Of a DNA stretch of 36,947 nt, positions 1 to 7,166 are shown piece after piece. This DNA is from a virus, in the IMG/VR virus record IMGVR_UViG_3300028781_000010. One strand, given 5' to 3'. Positions within the stretch are counted from its first letter, which is position 1; each line of letters opens with the position of its first letter. The translations under genes were made by a program, and so were the position numbers. Under the pieces are notes generated by a model. It ran no database searches, had not been told where the DNA came from, and worked only from the letters and a program-made list of their open reading frames with translations.

Positions 1-127
1 CCTGATCCCAGTTGGACCAATTATAGCCACCATCGTCTGAGTATTGGATACGAACATAATGATCCACATCATCCGACAACTGGCCAAGCGCCATAATCAG
101 TTCAACCCGTGAAACAATCACGCGATT
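1..127. repeat. Left copy of a 127-bp exact terminal duplication (identical to 36821-36947); circular-assembly overlap
   Basis: Direct base-by-base comparison: 1-127 equals 36821-36947. An ORF reads continuously across the implied junction. Confidence 0.95.
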
Positions 128-1261
128 ATGGTTATTAGACAATACACCGTTGGTGCGCTCAGAGATGAAATTGATATCACCCTCAGTGAATGTATCCCAA
201 TCAACAACCCATAATGTGCCATTCTGAAAATCACCGGCAATCCACTGGTTATTCCAATACACCATTCCGCTAATACGCCAGCGGTTCATTTCGTAAGAGC
301 CGCGACGATGCCATTCGTCAGCAGAGACGTCATAACCCCATGTCTGACCATCAGGGAATGTCCAGTAACAGACTTTATGTCCCTTGTCCTCCCACACAAA
401 CGCGAAAGCTTGTGACCAGTTAAGACCACTAATGGCCTGCTCAATCGGACGTGTCGATTTACGTATCGGGGAATAACCTGAGAGACAGTAGAAAATACCA
501 TCATCGCCAAGCCAATAGACGGTGTTGTCCATATTGGCGACGGTATACGTTCCAGCGCAACCACGCGTCAGAGAAATTCCCTTAGTTCGGATTGGCTGTT
601 CTGCATTGGAGGTGACTTGAAAGAATTCTGTACTACGCGCTGAAAAGATGATCAGTTCGTTATTGCTGACGGCCATCGACACCATGAGGTCAGGCGCAAC
701 TTCCGATGTGAAACGGTCCAGCTCGTTGTAGGTCAATGCGTCATCAGGTGCAGAATTGAACGCAAAGCGCCGTGTCGGATCGATCTGCACCAGATAGCTG
801 CCGATATAAACGCAGATGATTGCGCCTGGATAGCCGTCATCCGTGATCTTGGTGAAGGTGCTTAAGCTGGTATTCCACACATAACCCGACTGGCCATTGA
901 CGATCAGTAGTTCATTGCCACCATCCGCTAAAAGGTTATCGGCAAAGTACACGCGACCCACGCTAGGAATCGTTCCAAGCTCCGTACAGACGCCTTTGAT
1001 GCTGATGCTATAGAGCGATTTGGCGACGACGGCGAACAACGTTCCTTCGCAGTTGTAGACGCCACGCACTGGAGAATCAGGAATCGTCGCACCACTCGTT
1101 ACCAAGGCGCGCAAACCGGGCGGTGTAACCAATGTCGAAGGCGTGCGTGTTCCCGCTTTCTCTGCGGATGTGGGAAGCCAGTTAAGCGTGTCCTGCGACG
1201 ACCATGAAAGGTTGTCGTCTTTGTAGTAGCCACCCACAATGGGGAAGGTGGACTGCTTCAT
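1..1261 (-). CDS. P22 gp10-like packaged-DNA stabilization / tail-hub protein, N-terminal part (wraps to 36820..36669; 470 aa in total)
   Basis: Manual translation from ATG 1261-1259 (ATGA overlap with the upstream stop at 1258) is stop-free to base 1 and stays in frame with ORF 36669..36941. It is missing from the ORF track because it runs off the window edge. Size and motifs (VYNCEGTLFAV, ELIIFSARSTEFFQVT, GCAGTYTV) resemble P22 gp10 (472 aa). It follows the gp4-like gene. Confidence 0.7.
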   Translation of the reverse strand, partial: MKQSTFPIVGGYYKDDNLSWSSQDTLNWLPTSAEKAGTRTPSTLVTPPGLRALVTSGATIPDSPVRGVYNCEGTLFAVVAKSLYSISIKGVCTELGTIPSVGRVYFADNLLADGGNELLIVNGQSGYVWNTSLSTFTKITDDGYPGAIICVYIGSYLVQIDPTRRFAFNSAPDDALTYNELDRFTSEVAPDLMVSMAVSNNELIIFSARSTEFFQVTSNAEQPIRTKGISLTRGCAGTYTVANMDNTVYWLGDDGIFYCLSGYSPIRKSTRPIEQAISGLNWSQAFAFVWEDKGHKVCYWTFPDGQTWGYDVSADEWHRRGSYEMNRWRISGMVYWNNQWIAGDFQNGTLWVVDWDTFTEGDINFISERTNGVLSNNHNRVIVSRVELIMALGQLSDDVDHYVRIQYSDDGGYNWSNWDQ

Positions 1262-1680
1262 CCTATATACCAATTAGAACCATTGATCGAGTTCAGCGCT
1301 TGACGCCTACCACCAGGAATCGGCGCATCCAGAATCGGCTGGATTGGCGTTGCTACCATCTGGTCACGCCATAGGTCATTGAGGCTGGCAACGGCTACTT
1401 GGGCGACTCCTGGTAATGGTGTGACGCCATATTCAGGCGCAAGCGTCATCGCCAAGTTATAAGCGACGGCTTGTTCGGCTTCCACCGGAATAGGCATTTC
1501 ATCATCTGGCGCAGAGACGGGCGACCAACCCAAAGACAGCAGGTCAGCCTCCCATCGTTGCATCATGGCGTTCAGCGCGTCAATCGCCGTACCCATATCA
1601 CGAGGCCGCACATCTTGTGAGGGATCGATGACCTGAATAAGGCGAAGTGAACGTCCGACGATCTTGACGACGGTTGTCAT
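1258..1680 (-). CDS. Head-to-tail adaptor, P22 gp4-like
   Basis: 140-aa ORF. It sits between the head genes and the gp10-like gene. The N-terminal pattern (LRLIQVIDPSQ...AIDALNAMMQRWE) resembles the gp4 family. Confidence 0.55.
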   Translation of the reverse strand: MTTVVKIVGRSLRLIQVIDPSQDVRPRDMGTAIDALNAMMQRWEADLLSLGWSPVSAPDDEMPIPVEAEQAVAYNLAMTLAPEYGVTPLPGVAQVAVASLNDLWRDQMVATPIQPILDAPIPGGRRQALNSINGSNWYIG

Positions 1681-1683
1681 GGT

Positions 1684-1992
1684 TTAGGCCATGATGCCGG
1701 CGGCTTTAAGTTTCGTCAGGATCGCGTTTAGCTCGGTAGCAAGCGTGGCGAAGTTGGCGTTTAGAATGGGCTGACTGAAACTAGTTCCTACATCGACAAT
1801 GGCAGTGGCCGGCGTTCCCGGACCTACACTCGTCAACGCTGCTTGGTCAGCCGATTGCAGAACGACACCAGCAACGGTCGTGGTCGCAGCGGGCGCATTT
1901 TCGCCAACGAGAGACACGATATCGTTGATGGAGACGGTAGCCTTACCGCCATTGTTCTGCGATGCGTAAAGAAGGGTGTTAAGGGTTGTCAT
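1684..1992 (-). CDS. Hypothetical head-associated protein (Ala/Thr-rich)
   Basis: 102-aa ORF tightly packed in the head module. No recognisable motif. Confidence 0.55.
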   Translation of the reverse strand: MTTLNTLLYASQNNGGKATVSINDIVSLVGENAPAATTTVAGVVLQSADQAALTSVGPGTPATAIVDVGTSFSQPILNANFATLATELNAILTKLKAAGIMA

Positions 1993-2001
1993 GATTTGCT
2001 C

Positions 2002-2289
2002 CTAAGCCGACTGATTGAATCGGAGGAAAGTGAAAGTAAGATCACTTCCAGATAGATCAGAACCGCCATTTTGCTGCATCGTGTTATCGGTAACCACAAT
2101 CGTTCGAAACGATGGTGTTAAGTTTCCTCCGATAGGAACGCCATCATTAACATTGGTTTGATCCACGCTAAGCAAAACATCTCCGGCCTTCACGCCCGAT
2201 AGCGTGAAGGTTGTTTCATCAGAAGAAACACCATTTCCGGTAAGTTGAATTATCTGAATCGGCGAATAAAGAGTCATATGAATTTCCAT
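2002..2289 (-). CDS. Hypothetical small virion protein (beta-rich, possible decoration protein)
   Basis: 95-aa ORF in the head module. The start may instead be ATG 2277, because 2289 lies in the U-tract of the upstream hairpin. Confidence 0.5.
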   Translation of the reverse strand: MEIHMTLYSPIQIIQLTGNGVSSDETTFTLSGVKAGDVLLSVDQTNVNDGVPIGGNLTPSFRTIVVTDNTMQQNGGSDLSGSDLTFTFLRFNQSA

Positions 2290-2314
2290 GGAAAGAGAGC
2301 CCCGAAGGGCTCTC
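2288..2314 (-). terminator. GC-rich hairpin with UUCG tetraloop plus short U-tract, downstream of the coat gene cluster (attenuator or terminator)
   Basis: On the minus strand: GAGAGCCC-TTCG-GGGCTCTC (8-bp perfect stem, 2295-2314) followed by TTTCC. It begins 10 nt after the stop of ORF 2325..2513. Confidence 0.5.
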
Positions 2315-2324
2315 AGGATTGGTT

Positions 2325-2513
2325 TTAGCCTTCACTTTGCGTGACGACATTGCCAGTGGGATTAACCCACAACTGACCAACAACATGCGGATCAGCTCCG
2401 GGAAGGTCGCCCATAAAAACCGGGCTAGTTTCCACAGTGCCTACGCCAATAGGCGCACTCCACCAATAGCTTTCAGAGCGCTGGGCAACACTAGGGTTAG
2501 TTGGATTAGTCAT
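2325..2513 (-). CDS. Hypothetical small protein downstream of the coat gene
   Basis: 62-aa ORF starting 11 nt after the coat stop. No motif. Confidence 0.45.
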   Translation of the reverse strand: MTNPTNPSVAQRSESYWWSAPIGVGTVETSPVFMGDLPGADPHVVGQLWVNPTGNVVTQSEG

Positions 2514-2523
2514 GATTTACTCC

Positions 2524-3729
2524 TTATGCCGGGGTGAAGTCGGACGGATCGTTAGTGATACGCGCAGCCCATTCAGGACGAAGCGCACCGAAGGCGTACA
2601 TGATGTCGAAACGGGTCAGGTTCATGTCATTGACGATGCTGGAACCTTCTGTCACACGCATCGAGACACCGTTGTACTGACGTCGCGAGGTTTTCCAGCC
2701 AGCCAATTCCGGCAGATCAACCGTCGCAAATGCGAAGGCTTCCGGGCGATACGCCAAGGACACGCCGTAGGACGAGCTTGCCGTCTGATCGATGGTAATG
2801 ACCGCATTGTCTGCTGGTAGCGCCGTGACGTTCTGCTCAGAACCCGTGAGGGTCAGTGCCGGATAGATGCCGATGGAACCCGCGCCTCCAGCATAGTTGG
2901 CCGTGACGACGAACTGACGCAGATAGCCAAGATTCGCCTTGGTCTGCGGATGGACGGCGAACACACCGGCAAAGGTGATGATCGTACCGACCGGAACCGC
3001 ACCCGTGCCGGTATCTACCACAATGGACGATCCAGCCTGATTTGCACCGTTGACCAGATAACCCGCGCCAGCACCGTTTGTAAAGACTGGCATCACGGTC
3101 GAGCTGTTCCAGTCATAACCGGCGGCACGACCCATCACACCATCTTCGTACTGCGTATCAAGCTGCTTCTGCGAGTTGAACAAGCCAGCCAGAGCCGGAA
3201 CCAGAGTGGTTTCGGACGTGGTGTTCATCAGCATCTTCATGGTAGACGGACCCGCGCCGTTGTCCATGATGAGCTTTCGACCAATGTTCGCCCATGCAAG
3301 CTGCGTCCACTGTGCCGCGCCACCGGGACCGGTCTGGTTTGGAATCGATTGCAACGCAAGATTCTGCACAGCGGCTTCAACCGTGACAGCCAAGTCCGCG
3401 ACCTGCTGGCTCAGATAGCGAGCATCGAACTCTTCGATATCCAGCGCCAATTCGGAACTGGTGTATTGGACGGAGAAGTTCAACTGATCGATCACCTTCA
3501 CATTACGGATGATCGTTTCCAGTGGGGCAGGAGCCGCAACGCGGCCTGAGGTAATGACGGCATGCTGCGGAACAGCAACACGCAAGGTATCGCCAATCGC
3601 TGGCGCACCTTCTTTGAACTCCGACGCATACGTGCGCGGGATAGTCTTGATGAAGGAGAGATTTTCGCTGAACCGCATCAATGCGCGGTCAGCGATCATG
3701 TCAGTGGTGAGTAGCTGGTTACTAGCCAT
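2524..3729 (-). CDS. Major capsid (coat) protein, P22 gp5-like family
   Basis: 401 aa, following the scaffold gene. The segment VGTIITFAGVFAVHPQTKANL parallels P22 coat [21 protein letters not shown]. Gene order is portal-scaffold-coat. Confidence 0.8.
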   Translation of the reverse strand: MASNQLLTTDMIADRALMRFSENLSFIKTIPRTYASEFKEGAPAIGDTLRVAVPQHAVITSGRVAAPAPLETIIRNVKVIDQLNFSVQYTSSELALDIEEFDARYLSQQVADLAVTVEAAVQNLALQSIPNQTGPGGAAQWTQLAWANIGRKLIMDNGAGPSTMKMLMNTTSETTLVPALAGLFNSQKQLDTQYEDGVMGRAAGYDWNSSTVMPVFTNGAGAGYLVNGANQAGSSIVVDTGTGAVPVGTIITFAGVFAVHPQTKANLGYLRQFVVTANYAGGAGSIGIYPALTLTGSEQNVTALPADNAVITIDQTASSSYGVSLAYRPEAFAFATVDLPELAGWKTSRRQYNGVSMRVTEGSSIVNDMNLTRFDIMYAFGALRPEWAARITNDPSDFTPA

Positions 3730-3751
3730 TTTGAAGCCTCATAGGAAGGAT

Positions 3752-4645
3752 TTAGCGCCCTCCCTGCTTCTTCCAAGCTTTGATGCGGTCAGCCGTGGAC
3801 ATCCCTGGATCGTTGATGTCTACACTGGGCTTACCCGCACCTGAGATTGTCTTCACAGGCGGCGGCGCAGAAGTGGTTTTCTTGGCAGTCACAGGCTTCG
3901 GCGTTTCCGCCGTTTCTTCACCCTCGAACCGTTCGGCCAACTTGGCGATTTCTCGAACCTGCTGTAAGCGCGGTAACGCATTGATGCGCTCGGCTTCTTT
4001 CATGTTCGTGGCTAGATGATGGGCAATCTCAAGATCGTGTTCGTCACCCATGAACAACTCGGTCAGCGGTTTGTAGGCCGGATCGGTATTCAGTTTTGAC
4101 GACACAATGTCATCCCAAGCACCATCGCCAGCCTTTTCCTCAAAGGCATCGACATGCGACTTGAACGATTCTTGGGCTTCAGCCTGTTTCCTCTGCTCCG
4201 CTTCCTGTTTCGCTGCATGGTCTTTTCGCTCAAGAGCCTGTTCAACGCGATATGCGATGTACTTGTCCTGATCGAAGTCGAAGTCCTGTAACGTTTTCTC
4301 GTGCGACGCGGCCTGCGGTTGTGGTGCAGACTCGTGCCTTACGGGTTCGCGCTTTTGGATTTCTTCCAGTACAGCAGCACGGGTGCGGGCTTCGGTGACT
4401 TGCCGTTCCCTTTCTAGCCTTTCCTTCATCCAGCGAGGCAGGCGTTTTTCGCCTTTCTGTGGAGAGTCCGCGTCTAGAGCGTCGCTTTCCCCTTCCGGGG
4501 GCTTTGCAGCTTCCGGTTTCGGCTCTGGCTTAGGCGTCTGTCGTGCCGTGATATTCGGCGTTTCAGCAGCCTTAGAGCTGGTATCGATTGATTTCAGCTC
4601 AGGTTGAGCTACCGGTGCCGTTACACCGTTGGTTTCGTCGGTCAT
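3752..4645 (-). CDS. Scaffolding protein
   Basis: Highly charged, Pro/Lys/Glu-rich, predicted coiled-coil protein between portal and coat. ATG 4645 is preceded by AAGG. The track ORF extends to a TTG at 4675. Confidence 0.65.
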   Translation of the reverse strand: MTDETNGVTAPVAQPELKSIDTSSKAAETPNITARQTPKPEPKPEAAKPPEGESDALDADSPQKGEKRLPRWMKERLERERQVTEARTRAAVLEEIQKREPVRHESAPQPQAASHEKTLQDFDFDQDKYIAYRVEQALERKDHAAKQEAEQRKQAEAQESFKSHVDAFEEKAGDGAWDDIVSSKLNTDPAYKPLTELFMGDEHDLEIAHHLATNMKEAERINALPRLQQVREIAKLAERFEGEETAETPKPVTAKKTTSAPPPVKTISGAGKPSVDINDPGMSTADRIKAWKKQGGR

Positions 4646-4695
4646 GATGTTTACCTTTTGTGCTGGCAATGTCAAGGCGTGCCAGCATCACCCCA

Positions 4696-5004
4696 TTAAG
4701 CGATACAAGCCCAAAGAACTTTGCAAGCAATGTGAATTGCCTGATCAGTGTTAATTCCAATCTTCTTTTCACACTTTGCATGGTCAGTTAGTGCATGAAC
4801 GACAATCTCAGCCGCGCCGAGCCACCAAACGCCCGTAATCAATGCCACAAAGCCGCCGTGGATGAAGGAATGCGCCAATAGGCAATGCCACCACGGAACA
4901 TAACCGGGGCCTGTTCTGCATTTCCCCATTGCCAAGAAATCACCTTGCAGCGGGTAATCGGCAATAAAATGGGCAGCTATTAGTAGGAATAGCATGTAAG
5001 CCAT
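4696..5004 (-). CDS. DUF3307-like polytopic membrane protein (moron inside the head module)
   Basis: 102 aa, three or four hydrophobic segments. The N-terminal motif AAHFIADYPLQ and later His residues match my recollection of DUF3307 (H-x3-D-x2-Q). Confidence 0.5.
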   Translation of the reverse strand: MAYMLFLLIAAHFIADYPLQGDFLAMGKCRTGPGYVPWWHCLLAHSFIHGGFVALITGVWWLGAAEIVVHALTDHAKCEKKIGINTDQAIHIACKVLWACIA

Positions 5005-7166
5005 CAGAATCCACCTGTATACGTGTCAGGTGAAGATGGACCAATCGGACCTTCATGCGGCACAGCGAAGCCCACTGGCTGCTGTGGCATGAGGGCTGCC
5101 CCGTTCTGGATCATCGTGGCGTGACCATCGGCCTCGGTGCCGGGAATCTTGGCGACGAGACTGGCGGTCTTGGCTTCTTCCAGCTGCACCTGCGTCTGTG
5201 TCTTGGCAGCGATGTCCTGCGCGCGCGCCGTCGCGAGCGTGGCTTGTGCCTGATGATGGGCAGCCTGCGCAATGACCTGCGGCGGCGGCGGTGCGGGCGG
5301 CGCGGGCGGCGGATCGTTCGGTCCTGGCGGGATAATGCCCTGCTTGACCAGCGCCGTACGAATCCACTCCACAGCATCGTCAATGCCTGGAACGTCCATC
5401 GACTTCATCATCAGGTATTGGCCGATAGCGCCAACAGGTCCCGGCGTCTGCGCCACGGTCTGCGCGAACTCCGCCAGTTCCATGCGAGCCGTCTCGTAAG
5501 ACTTTCCGACCGTTACCGTCACATCGTACTTACCGCGTGAGAGGTCGTTTTCGACGTATTCCTTACCTGTGACCGGATCAGTGACCATCTTGTTGATCGT
5601 GACGTATTTCTCAGCCAGATCAGGCCCCAGAATGCGTATGGAGCGTTCGGCATCATAGTAATGCGGGATAGCGTCCACCAGAATCTCACCCAGCCGTTTG
5701 AGTGCTTTAACCTGATTGTCCACATAGACGAAGTTGACCACTTCCGCTTGAGCATTGCGCGCCATGATCGCGCGACCGCTGGTTTCATTTGACTGGCTTC
5801 CTACCGACGCGTCATACACACCGGTCGTAGCCTTCATCTCATCGACGGTGATATTGGACAGGTTCGCGAGGGCTGAAGGTAGCTGCGCCATCGGTTCGCG
5901 TGAAGGACCGCCTGGTGCGTTAGGGTCAGCGTTGAACAGCAATACCGGCGGATCGTCATAGCCTAGTCGTTCGTAATAGCTTTCCAGACCTTTGATCATT
6001 GCCGGAGTAGCTTTAAGCGGGCTGTTCGGAAGCTTGGCGACCACCTCCACCATCGAAGACATTTCAAAGTTGTGAATGGTCTGCGAGTCACGGGCAAAGC
6101 GCGTCATTCCTGAGTAAATCTGCTTGCCATCGATACTGATTAGATCACCCCATTGCGGAACAATCGGGATCATCGAACCACCCCATTTCGTCGGTTCTTC
6201 GAGCTTTCCATTGCCTGATACAGGGCACGAATAGATCACGTCCACATCGACTTCGCGAGTGGATTTGATCGTTACTGGTGGCGTGGCAGCCGGTGGAGGA
6301 ATAGCTGTAGCGCCAGCTGGTGCCGTGGCTGGATCAACAGGAGGCATAGATTTAGCTGCATCAGCTTGCGCTTTCTGATAACCCTCATAGTCTTCTTCAT
6401 CGACAATCGAGCCATCGGAAAGCAATAGGATCGTCTTGGGTTGCTTCTCTGCGTACCAGTACTCGGCAATGCGCACCATATCTTCGGTGCACCACAATAG
6501 GTCGCTATCACTGTCAGTCCGGGCTACATCGAAGTCCACCACTTCCGCATTAGGCCAACGTGCTGTGAATGTTGCCTTTGGAATCAGTTCGGAAATGAAC
6601 CAATATCGCGCGTCGGATCTGTCGAACTTTCGTGCAGATGGATCGCAAAACACGGTCATTGGATCAAGCACCGCTTCGATCTTCAGACATTGGTCGAACG
6701 TATCAGGTGACTCATAGTCCGACTTGACGCGCAGAACGCCATAGCCGCCGCCACACGACCACTGGAAGGCAGTGTCATAGGCGTTGTCAGCCGACGAATC
6801 GACCTCGATATTTTTGATCATGCCGTTGAGGACTTCTGCCGTGTCAACGTCCTCGTCATTGGACGCGCGGCATTTAATCTCTGGCTTGTTCTTTAGCTGC
6901 TGCCCGGTCACTCGGCGAATCAACTGGCGAACCCGATTGAACTCGTAGTTCGGCTTGTTGCGGCGCTTGGCCGTGAGATGAGCGTCCCATTGATGCCCAG
7001 CCACAAAGGCGAACTTCATGTCTTCGACGCACTGCCGACGTTGTTCGGTGTCGAACGTCATAGCATCAGAGGCGCGCTCAAGCATCTCTTTTGTCCACGA
7101 ATCTTTCTCGACCACTTTCTGCTTGGTTTCACCACCCGTTGAACGGTAGGTCTTGGACTTAGCCAT
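5004..7166 (-). CDS. Portal protein (P22 gp1-like size, helical Pro/Ala/Gln-rich C-terminal extension)
   Basis: About 720 aa, immediately downstream of terL. ATG 7166 has GGAGC 7 nt upstream and overlaps the terL stop; the track ORF extends to 7199. The C-terminal tail is long and helical, as in P22-type portals. Confidence 0.8.
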   Translation of the reverse strand: MAKSKTYRSTGGETKQKVVEKDSWTKEMLERASDAMTFDTEQRRQCVEDMKFAFVAGHQWDAHLTAKRRNKPNYEFNRVRQLIRRVTGQQLKNKPEIKCRASNDEDVDTAEVLNGMIKNIEVDSSADNAYDTAFQWSCGGGYGVLRVKSDYESPDTFDQCLKIEAVLDPMTVFCDPSARKFDRSDARYWFISELIPKATFTARWPNAEVVDFDVARTDSDSDLLWCTEDMVRIAEYWYAEKQPKTILLLSDGSIVDEEDYEGYQKAQADAAKSMPPVDPATAPAGATAIPPPAATPPVTIKSTREVDVDVIYSCPVSGNGKLEEPTKWGGSMIPIVPQWGDLISIDGKQIYSGMTRFARDSQTIHNFEMSSMVEVVAKLPNSPLKATPAMIKGLESYYERLGYDDPPVLLFNADPNAPGGPSREPMAQLPSALANLSNITVDEMKATTGVYDASVGSQSNETSGRAIMARNAQAEVVNFVYVDNQVKALKRLGEILVDAIPHYYDAERSIRILGPDLAEKYVTINKMVTDPVTGKEYVENDLSRGKYDVTVTVGKSYETARMELAEFAQTVAQTPGPVGAIGQYLMMKSMDVPGIDDAVEWIRTALVKQGIIPPGPNDPPPAPPAPPPPQVIAQAAHHQAQATLATARAQDIAAKTQTQVQLEEAKTASLVAKIPGTEADGHATMIQNGAALMPQQPVGFAVPHEGPIGPSSPDTYTGGF

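Noticed and set aside
1-127. The 127-bp terminal duplication as a genuine phage direct terminal repeat
   Set aside because: The length equals a common maximum assembler k-mer, and a single ORF reads through the junction. A circular-assembly overlap is the simpler reading, though physical termini cannot be determined from the sequence alone.
286-564. 92-aa ORF on the minus strand
   Set aside because: It lies in a different frame, entirely inside the 470-aa gp10-like ORF that the linear ORF scan missed.
2512-4019. Plus-strand ORFs (2512..2820, 2950..3549, 3176..3418, 3509..3844, 3780..4019)
   Set aside because: They are antisense to the coat and scaffold genes. They have no SD context, and their Arg/His-rich composition is typical of antisense shadows.
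5053-5540. Overlapping Arg/Ala/Gly-rich ORFs within the portal 3' region
   Set aside because: They are shadows of the GC-rich, Pro/Ala-rich portal C-terminal coding sequence.
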